A DNA stretch of 14,044 nucleotides, from the NCBI GenBank assembly GCA_043813605.1, contig JBDRKX010000079.1, positions 1 to 14,044 of the forward strand. The letters are read 5' to 3'. Every line of letters starts with the position of its first letter. The stretch's first letter is position 1. The position numbers and the translations under genes are program-made. The DNA comes from Elusimicrobiota bacterium. GTDB taxonomy: Bacteria > CG03 > SLGR01 > JBDRKX01. Below the pieces are notes generated by a model that saw nothing but the letters and a program-made list of their open reading frames with translations, ran no database searches and was not told the origin of the DNA. Shown here in pieces: positions 12,001-14,044 of the stretch.

Positions 12001-12285
12001 GTAATTCTCATCAATAAAATCAAGTATGTTGCTTATATTATTCTGTACTTCATAGTTGGTATGAAGATCCTGTATGAGTATTACACGGCCGGGAACAGCT
12101 CCGGGATTATAGGATTCTATAACACTGCCGTAATCAAGGGGTATCTGGATCTGTTTTGCCGCAGGAAGGATATTAAAAGCGGCTGCTGAAACATATGAAT
12201 AGTTATTCATGATATATACGACGACAAAAGATATTGTCAATATCCAGCTTATGGTCCTGTTCAACCTGTTAACTGCCGTTTTCAT
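1..12285 (-). CDS. Giant (>4095 aa, 3'-partial) multi-enzyme membrane-associated protein with N-terminal signal peptide
   Basis: Manual translation of the minus frame starting at ATG 12285 (MKTAVNRLNRTISWILTISFVVVYIMNNYSYVSA...) finds no stop down to base 1 (...GMSDEDFTEKKYEG). The nearest upstream in-frame stop is at 12385-12387. Many intact enzyme motifs lie in this one frame. Confidence 0.96.
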   Translation of the reverse strand, partial: MKTAVNRLNRTISWILTISFVVVYIMNNYSYVSAAAFNILPAAKQIQIPLDYGSVIESYNPGAVPGRVILIQDLHTNYEVQNNISNILDFIDENYGIGSIGVEGNSSDVDVSLASTIPHDEVKARVIEYFMTKGLVSGPEKFVSKKKDPVLKGIDDKDLYEQDGRLLVSSLNHRAEFVEILERIKYTMKTVEAKICSPDLRRFRDQYVRYRQHGITPHVFHENLLKWAEKGGKTVREISPEYANFILLTKKEHAIDYRKVEKEYKKLLEQMGLSDSEGGIRAGIKKFMDVFRVENSLRERIFTEIYSGNGYSNLKRYIECVEISRSNNPYIVVLEENRVVEEVSRLLAADEVEEAYVFTADYIQLLVKFLMNQLAREELDEFYKRVDGFEEQYRILVTEYPEEYRLVGAMLDTLKPYVEEMGRFYDIAQKREERFIDTFIEEDKREENRVMVMGGFHTRGVAGQLKKRGIPYTVIKPGITSYTEEDRKNYYSIIRGEEIVSYEEVLSHLYANPTLFKKEWFKKRLVAASVSEMLRRRLESRVYVADNEVSRIKDFIKTWIRGYVRVRGNGEVFDFKLDEPIKYKGELVFPLMLGSERVTVSIDDDMKIGLVTPERMDEIENELESSAGSHRRKLRLLIIGPPAAGKGTFSKMISSDYGNIHISMGDLLRDVAEEKTSLGRKVKDTMAAGGLVNDEVVIDILKNRLRKDDIVEKGFILDGFPRTIEQAGLLDELLGNLKLPINAVVNLEVPEEELLKRIAGRLICPDCGAVYNIQSVAPEQPGICDKCGASLVEREDDKPETVKKRLDAFRQKTAPLLDFYNKQTVINCDVSSNKAQVNYSVIRNLIERTLYVQDEVKDNKLSVFLARNRRLLKTVIIAGGVVVSAAAFMLFGTAAASITASCALGAAVTGLILIGRDKPLRHFSEDQLKDTADKESLETLIDFLAEKNREQFTGKEDMNRHHGLPHSLAVWNELERLADRFSADKEVLAAASFLHDIGIAHTLNERHGIVSADVAGKILLDSLFPENKIEQVLTAIREHDDYTSRRDTIESQLLFYADCKEAFGADGLDRYLAIYRERGVPETELYPRILSNIKKRYDSVSNKELKAILKSGYEEIRSIIHSAMGEVAYGKSPERTDIEIDTDSESSAGRGSLSIPRNIDELKDILKNFTGRKTLSVLKKHGLPFIIIYGIISILGQYVIPRIIWKLFGWELAVTVAGFFPVLIISLGIYSGYTAAGIILKGDTVKEAVNEEKREIPKEYKDEKVKEKITTVADKTGYYSVDRLNEDLADYLISNIVWQRMPEKDRKLLESIDRKYFEPLYVPFANGESVFTGEITGMSGDTDRHDPASDRINRKLKLIPIDTISLQEEVLDISAVNVREQIEKKGFFTFPIIVDKSGLVLDGSHRMAAMKQLGYKYIPAYVIDMKKDLSPEGIGVWYISPKTVFPQQDIDELLNKYRFLEKTLNRDEAVLTYRTGEKPVYYRVDETHKDFKRIIDASKLSGIQNISIGAIICYEKYRLIQRMMIQLDIAGKKDMYSTEVPSMIEDGQLVLSPPVWSNPDWLIKVCHKDYGDMNLPPKGSRFVLKERPVNIPFKLDLIETLGENAGAVSNNGTLFSPVMHITSEGAIGKGPSKKLAGTVKTEKLDDGQYAYVKLMIDFIYRKVSNTGFDMDDEVIEVIDILAAYFKEGRIVVFDDIVKSDEDYLLAFADKDRIAVSRNFFNGVIAEHLDEILFHEVSELIKQYTYGGDFHRAAYEGKQRKIFDPRNPLKVILRNYINIRLGKEDELLSKRFLGVLASRVDLMQRTFNISYAIMKKGEPLNPDLDVEYMYRIQAMKYLGDNVIPLLTGSQFIMEGKQNIPENMMNLFLKTKADIDRLLRKGLDDSSVVVREEAILAAGRYSGNQAIEIELYKKVSDGFVSPALRGASMLSLARLGFKEILPLVQASLNSKDKTSRDYANQAHALLSVKLSPEEYRKTSNIFNGILSGILTFITVGLGISVPAEAAEIFSSPYSSGSLIALGIALAGFLFLFVAVRNLFRRGMGRIKDRFIGEIKEEKLDAEKVVDLDEIIQEKIVSDDQAAEEQEREPVEVVIPKEKAVFRLDGNGKWWNVHGVFENKKISNYFHSSIKKDEKGYYVGQENGNVYEKVYFHYEDTALFAFYLIKDGNRMLLELNNKVRIELDKEKLFIKHDCLYMKYGEETIKFSAEAMISLMDRIDYDKVVDLDEIILERIVSDAQDAIDRGDEPVAVFDINFTLLDNRGKMQRIIEEFAAENEDKYPDLKKQLVSLTEDKIVYDIKNSLRNIGLEDEKLLSEIEEYFFEKFFRGEFRDYDRPVPGAAEYVNRLHDMGVKIIYLTGNWESFRDTRAADLEKFGFPLDEKSVLMMKPDDDRSKTHVFKPIEIKTINEPVIAVFDDQPAVLNEIKKQLPAIKNLVFMDTIHISGSPQLDPGIEKISHYAVPDAGIEKDPDEIKAEKIMDDTENKFLRSTSVNRLQKVDDYLFDFQQYVDLKNRKTVMVDVGVGKDASTTRRLAGKFNERDCDAEVIGFDIKVPENIEKYEKEYPNFRFIKTDKRDFRIPLENVDVIRCFHVLIDQYYKPEYHMAAVNNMGKSLREGGILIAGNIGFGNSGIFQVYQKVEGKMVLRERVSFNDMLLSFGQITNQFRDEIGEDRIYDEVVDVYSRLEDDGSMDDVRPEEMKGFFAGELRKELGDKYNISYHRDSGFTVIREMTEYAGKSDVKQAADRGTFSEILIKHGISPEDHYAIISQYDEVSELNDRIEEIVNVIKEIERTSGIPDIDPGWQMSGSSRRAILKNYLRNSSMEISPDSVIPRPLQDMHLDLAKAEKWIRAQKEESEELGLLSEKLVKMMESGYVDIEAFEDQLYKILISFRKEIKSKPYLLVVRGNQPGSKWVYDLAREYGLSQALDIIDINDVAGISLLQDYIDKGITDMAVMDDVAFDGAKIAVSAGIIRAIAERKDINIHPVIPFMTREAEDKIKSGPSDNITIEVYKHHRIKTVKEELENTEFKDSFIKFYRQQQIERWPGYFQHRFYDSEHQPDQVIEGRILDRDGFHKIDDDWRRITSDSFMPYIDPVYGRGATNWLKERSGNFFLRYLGLDYEDIEQILSGYSNVKDLKDRIREILKVIEVIEKATGIPKLAEETRLSILNTYLRDVNRKLSQKRIIREFSDELEDQRTLILASSEKEKDNRPDIENGSAETAEMLTDKTDGISKEAKVLNKVIRDAENAINRGQEPVAVFDINFTLLDNRKKILAILQKYAFENKQRYPKLSKWVKSLESDMVVYDVENTLRNIGINDNKLIKEMQEYFFEKFFTDEFSEYEESIPGAVEYVNRLHDMGIKIVYLTANWESFRGIRTRSLKRFGFPVDKKAVLEMKPDDIRTKIHIFKTETLKEMKDPVIAVFDDQPAVLNHIKDTLPAIENFIFLNTIYTSGADSLAEGIFKINAYTEKTAPPADTEAVVEKEQEPAEDTGIPAEKAARAPPTIESVPARKLDDLQPALLDGDLSLHIDVSEDLKTLTYSRVKDDSGVFEGEEINYDALDFEEIEKIPSSYLLSPERYFSTHLKGKAKEIIYKIWPEGKRYTRYDGVTVSWDKELDRRVWTTNIDTLYFHRILKKFNVFNDSKIQKVMELGVGGGHLSTALAAKLPNLKELTITDISLNALKAAKRNLLPHLKSRGIQLHSYWGKGIMTVKEIADLIIINPPYIPMPEYMAQDAKDPYRGTGLIREILKEGIDKLNPDNPDAKIIINVSSLAKKDLEKYVAEFGDRFTIEPMGEPLEVPLKIWSIDKKWKDWLVKEGGLKYKKDHAPDEEPYWHMLQMYTIRPKPDYQKKLSKETNTDRRIKIAGRKIFKKIINLRSIKSGKLGEYFTQYGLPFGILYGINTTLGRIAAIKIFNHYFGTKAGVIVGAGFPVLILTLGMYLPVFFLIRFIGRKIRRTNIEKQDSADLKKGKETGATAGIRQEKPLGIIPVFWSERFVKRHPHFAAISFFIGIGIIILQTSSWLAGTAAASVIHILFNRDKSEPDVPAWSEEAPGADTYRSIFKWGSPSEFKHPNSRLYALLKDKLGMSDEDFTEKKYEG
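478..624 (-). repeat. Membrane module copy B (49 aa, GLPF...FPVLILTLGMY)
   Basis: Paralogue of 8596-8742. A further TM hairpin follows at about 193-291 (FAAISFFIGIGIIILQTSSWLAGTAAASVIHIL). Confidence 0.85.
770..1740 (-). other. Class I SAM-dependent N-methyltransferase domain 2 (HemK/PrmC-like NPPY type)
   Basis: VWTTNIDT, VMELGVGGGHLS (ELGVGGG 1330-1350), TITDISLNALKAAKRN, DLIIINPPYIP (NPPY 1126-1137), GTGLIREIL. Confidence 0.88.
1897..2586 (-). other. HAD-superfamily phosphatase-like domain, copy 2
   Basis: Ungapped paralogue of 4918-5607 at an offset of 3021 nt, 136/230 identical by hand count. Motifs AVFDINFTLLD, YLTAN, IAVFDDQP. Confidence 0.88.
2776..4038 (-). repeat. About 60-aa helical direct repeat (3838-4038 and 2776-2958) flanking the PRTase-like domain
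   Basis: LNDRIEEIVNVIKEIERTSGIP...RRAILKNYLR vs LKDRIREILKVIEVIEKATGIP...RLSILNTYLR; 21/45 identical in the ungapped first part. Confidence 0.85.
2960..3790 (-). other. Phosphoribosyltransferase-like domain
   Basis: N-terminal KWIRAQ...KLVKMMESGYVDIEAF, GSKWVYDLA, PRPP-loop-like MAVMDDVAFDG, and HPVIPFMT. The loop is degenerate. Confidence 0.55.
4350..4842 (-). other. Class I SAM-dependent methyltransferase domain 1
   Basis: RSTSVNRLQKVD...VMVDVGVG...EVIGFDI...VDVIRCFHVLIDQYY...SLREGGILIAG (motifs I, II, IV, VI). Confidence 0.8.
4918..5607 (-). other. HAD-superfamily phosphatase-like domain, copy 1
   Basis: Motif I AVFDINFTLLD, PGAAEYV, motif II IIYLTGN, motif III region MKPDD...FK, motif IV IAVFDDQP. 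Confidence 0.88.
5584..6105 (-). repeat. 16-aa direct repeat (6058-6105 and 5584-5631) flanking the DUF1285-like domain
   Basis: KVVDLDEIIQEKIVSD vs KVVDLDEIILERIVSD, 14/16 identical, 474 nt apart. Confidence 0.9.
5640..6000 (-). other. DUF1285-like domain
   Basis: FRLDGNGKWWNVHGVFENKKISNYFHSSIKKDEKGYYV...EKVYFHYEDTALF...LELNNK...LYM...IKFS resembles the DUF1285 pattern as recalled; not searched. Confidence 0.55.
6187..6345 (-). other. Two transmembrane helices
   Basis: NGILSGILTFITVGLGISV and LIALGIALAGFLFLFVAV, followed by basic RNLFRR. Confidence 0.75.
6390..6680 (-). repeat. HEAT-like helical repeats (2-3 units)
   Basis: LLRKGLDDSSVVVREEAILAAG / VSPALRGASMLSLARLG / ILPLVQASLNSKDKTSRDYANQA. 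Confidence 0.6.
7000..7350 (-). other. Zincin-like module with HExxE...H variant motif
   Basis: DYLLAFADKDRIAVSRNFF...DEILFHEVSE (HEVSE 7072-7086) followed by DFHRAA (His at 7036-7038). Confidence 0.4.
7495..8220 (-). other. ParB/Sulfiredoxin-fold domain, SbnI/SerK (free serine kinase)-like
   Basis: LIPIDTISLQEE...PIIVDKSGLVLDGSHR (DGSHR 8068-8082) MAAMKQLGYKYIPA...GVWY...LPPKGSRFVLKERPVNIP. The C-terminal LPPKxxRF element points to the SbnI/SerK-type branch rather than DNA-partition ParB. Confidence 0.75.
8596..8742 (-). repeat. Membrane module copy A (49 aa, GLPF...FPVLIISLGIY)
   Basis: Ungapped match to 478-624 with 23/49 identical residues; hydrophobic, probably two TM helices. Confidence 0.85.
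8911..9480 (-). other. HD-superfamily metal-dependent phosphohydrolase domain
   Basis: HHGLPHSLAV...AAASFLHDIG (HD at 9298-9303)...HGIVSA...AIREHD...LLFYADCKEAFGADG. Confidence 0.9.
9544..9666 (-). other. Transmembrane hairpin (Gly/Ala-rich)
   Basis: VIIAGGVVVSAAAFMLFGTAAASITASCALGAAVTGLILI, preceded by basic RNRRLLK. Confidence 0.75.
9751..10386 (-). other. adk: Adenylate kinase domain with 4-Cys zinc lid (internal domain of the giant protein)
   Basis: P-loop GPPAAGKGT (10342-10368), HISMGDLLR, GGLVNDE, GFILDGFPRTIEQA, lid RLICPDCG...GICDKCG, REDDKPETVKKRL. All hallmark ADK motifs are present. Confidence 0.95.
10800..12140 (-). other. N-terminal domain with TraB/Tiki/ChaN/EreA-like motif set and a large helical insertion
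   Basis: VILIQDLH (QDLH 12061-12072), IGVEG (VEG 11974-11982), LKGIDDKDLY, FYDIAQKRE and VMVMGGFH (GGFH 10915-10926) give the H...E...R...GxxH order typical of this superfamily. The fold assignment is inference. Confidence 0.55.
12184..12285 (-). other. Signal peptide / N-terminal membrane anchor of the giant protein
   Basis: Basic n-region (MKTAVNRLNR), hydrophobic core (ISWILTISFVVVYIM) and a possible cleavage site at VSA|AA. Confidence 0.7.
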
Positions 12286-12863
12286 GGTATATAAATAAAA
12301 AAATCCCGCACTATGATATTCCAAAGTGCGGGATCTGTTACTCGGGACGATAAACCCCTCCCGTAAATACAGACATGGTCTGTATCATATTCATTGGCTC
12401 TCCCCTTGATACATTTTTCTACAGGCGTAAGGAACCTCAGCCTCTGCCTGCTGTAGCTTTTCATGCCCGGCGGCGTAAAAACCATCCTGTCTCCGATAGC
12501 GAGAAATACGATCCTGAACAATACTGCCGCCGATAATACCAGCGCTGCAGCGATTCCGATATCACCGGAAACTATCAGTGAAGCTATCAGGTATAGCATA
12601 AGATTCGAAAAATCTGTTTTCTTTTTTTCCTTATCCGCCTGTTTGGGAGGTACACTGCTTTGATCCGGCCCTTTTGATATGCGCCTTGTTACTTCAAAAA
12701 AAATGCTTACTGTCTTTGAAAACTCAAGCGAATCACTTGTAAGGAGAGAAACACGGCCGGTACCGGTCTCATAGAACTGTATTACTGTGAAAACTAAAAA
12801 AAACACTATAAGTGTCAATGATAATAGATAAGAAAACAGTTTTTTATTAATTAATATAGACAT
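12282..12863 (-). CDS. 193-aa hypothetical membrane protein, translationally coupled to the giant gene (possible leader/regulatory ORF)
   Basis: In the ORF track. N-terminal TM (LFSYLLSLTLIVFFLVFTVI) and a second hydrophobic stretch. Its TGA (12282-12284) overlaps the giant ATG (12283-12285) as ATGA. Confidence 0.75.
   Translation of the reverse strand: MSILINKKLFSYLLSLTLIVFFLVFTVIQFYETGTGRVSLLTSDSLEFSKTVSIFFEVTRRISKGPDQSSVPPKQADKEKKKTDFSNLMLYLIASLIVSGDIGIAAALVLSAAVLFRIVFLAIGDRMVFTPPGMKSYSRQRLRFLTPVEKCIKGRANEYDTDHVCIYGRGLSSRVTDPALWNIIVRDFFIYIP
12293..12334 (-). terminator. Intrinsic terminator-like hairpin immediately upstream of the giant gene (putative attenuator)
   Basis: Minus strand reads ATCCCGCACT-TTGGAATATCAT-AGTGCGGGAT-TTTTTTATTT: a perfect 10-bp GC-rich stem (12334-12325 / 12312-12303) followed by a U tract. 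Confidence 0.7.
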
Positions 12864-12909
12864 ATTAATATGTGCGATTATAATATAGAAGAATATACAA
12901 TTATAATAT
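12860..12909 (-). promoter_or_regulatory. Putative sigma70-type promoter/operator region for the 193-aa ORF and giant gene
   Basis: Two TATAAT hexamers (12905-12900, 12882-12877) inside a 10-bp direct repeat ATATTATAAT, plus a 14-bp palindrome at 12860-12873. No good -35 at 17-bp spacing. Confidence 0.4.
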
Positions 12910-12967
12910 GAAATAAAGATGAACCGATATGGGGGTTTTGCCCGAATTGTGAAAGGAATGTAATATC

Positions 12968-14044
12968 TTACGTAGCTTCGAGTATTTCTCTGACGAGAAA
13001 GTCGCTGATTAGGCTTTTCGGCATATCCGCCTTTCTGCCCGGCAATGTATCCATTTTTGCCGCCAGATCGGAGAGTAAGTCCATCAGTGACTTGGCCCTC
13101 TTTTCACCCAGCGCATATGCGGCAATCGAATCTAATCCGGTATCCCCATCTGCCGCTGTCAGGGCCAGTGCCGCCGGCATGAGAGTACCGGTTCTTGCTA
13201 TATTAGCAAGGCTCCTTATGATATTTACAAAGATATGTACCGCTCTCTGGGCTTTTTCGACAGTTTTTTTAGCTTCCTTAACCTCGATCATACCGGTTGA
13301 AGCGGGTTTCACATACCGTTTTTTACCTATAAAAGCACCGTTTATCTTCTTCACTTCTTCAGCTACTCTTTCTTTCTTCGCCGGGCTGAATCCCTTAAGC
13401 CGTGTCTCTATGTATTTTCTGATGATCATATCGCTGTGCACAGCACCGGATGACAGGATATCGAACCAGAGTACCATTGATAAAAGTTCTATCTTATCTT
13501 CACCATCTGCAAATCTTGCACTGATGATTTTTTCCAGAGCGGACGGCTCTGTTTCCGCCGCCATAATAACCGTTGTCACTGCTTTCAGTGCCTTATCGGC
13601 AAAAGCCTTATCCGCCATGTAAAGCTGCATAACGGCTGCCGCGGTCGCCCTGTCTAAAGTAATACTGTCTTTGAGAGGTGAATAACTGTTCCTGTCTCCG
13701 ACTTCAACATGCTTCAATCCGGTTCCCGAGAAAAACCTGTCAATATTCTTTAAAATATCCGGTCTGGCATCGAGGCCCGGTACTATTCTCAGCAGTTCAT
13801 CTGCCAGAAGCGGCACATAATCACCGGTACCTTCTACTGCCCAGTTCTTATACACACCAGATATCTGCTTCAGAGACATGCCTTCAGTAACTTTTTCAGC
13901 GATAAAAACGAGATCCGACGAGCCGGCAGATCCCGACATCATCATATACTCCAGATAGCTTATAGACTCAAGTTTTTCCATTTGGGATAGTTTTATTATC
14001 GGACTGATATTCTTCAGATCATACCTGTCTATATGGCCTGTTCT
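12968..14044 (-). CDS. C-terminal part (>=358 aa, 5'-partial) of a hypothetical helical protein, possibly another large protein
   Basis: The track ORF 12968-13981 stays open to the window edge (RTGHIDRYDLKNISPIIKLSQ-MEKL...), so the true start is probably outside the window. It ends ...DFLVREILEAT*. Confidence 0.85.
   Translation of the reverse strand, partial: RTGHIDRYDLKNISPIIKLSQMEKLESISYLEYMMMSGSAGSSDLVFIAEKVTEGMSLKQISGVYKNWAVEGTGDYVPLLADELLRIVPGLDARPDILKNIDRFFSGTGLKHVEVGDRNSYSPLKDSITLDRATAAAVMQLYMADKAFADKALKAVTTVIMAAETEPSALEKIISARFADGEDKIELLSMVLWFDILSSGAVHSDMIIRKYIETRLKGFSPAKKERVAEEVKKINGAFIGKKRYVKPASTGMIEVKEAKKTVEKAQRAVHIFVNIIRSLANIARTGTLMPAALALTAADGDTGLDSIAAYALGEKRAKSLMDLLSDLAAKMDTLPGRKADMPKSLISDFLVREILEAT

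Noticed and set aside
20..12189. Numerous short plus-strand ORFs in the track (61-163 aa)
   Set aside because: They lie antisense to the continuous giant ORF, have Phe/Ile/Ser-rich shadow composition and show no recognisable motifs.
1..12285. Operon of separate enzymes, alternative genetic code or stop read-through
   Set aside because: No TAA, TAG or TGA occurs in frame, so no recoding is needed. The neighbouring genes end at standard TGA and TAA.
12330..12420. Known riboswitch class upstream of the terminator
   Set aside because: Hairpins are present, but I could not match a known aptamer consensus by eye; an Rfam scan is needed.
12931..12944. Terminator after the upstream gene (GGG-CAAAA-CCC)
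   Set aside because: The stem is only 3 bp with no adjacent U tract.
12463..13890. Plus-strand ORFs 12463-12663, 13092-13622 and 13678-13890
   Set aside because: They are antisense shadows of the two minus-strand genes.
1..14044. CRISPR array, tRNA/rRNA, IS element or intein
   Set aside because: I saw no regularly spaced nucleotide repeats, RNA gene signatures, transposase motifs or intein splice motifs.

Overview
Almost the whole window is one giant minus-strand gene that the ORF track missed because it has no stop codon inside the window. I read the frame by hand from the ATG at 12285 down to base 1: 4095 sense codons, no stop, 3'-truncated. From N to C the protein has a signal peptide, a QDLH/VEG/GGFH (TraB/Tiki/ChaN-like) domain, adenylate kinase with a Zn lid, a TM hairpin, an HD domain, a TM module, a ParB/Srx (SbnI/SerK-like) domain, an HExxE domain, HEAT-like repeats, a TM hairpin, a DUF1285-like domain, HAD copy 1, a SAM methyltransferase, a PRTase-like domain, HAD copy 2, an NPPY methyltransferase and further TM segments. 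Several enzyme modules sit between nested pairs of direct protein repeats, suggesting growth by cassette insertion. A 193-aa membrane ORF overlaps the start codon (ATGA) and carries an intrinsic-terminator-like hairpin 17 nt before that ATG. Further upstream is the 3' end of another minus-strand gene that is open to the right edge. The architecture resembles giant multi-enzyme proteins of Elusimicrobiota/Omnitrophota; this is an inference and no search was run. All domain calls come from motifs recognised by eye, and boundaries are approximate.
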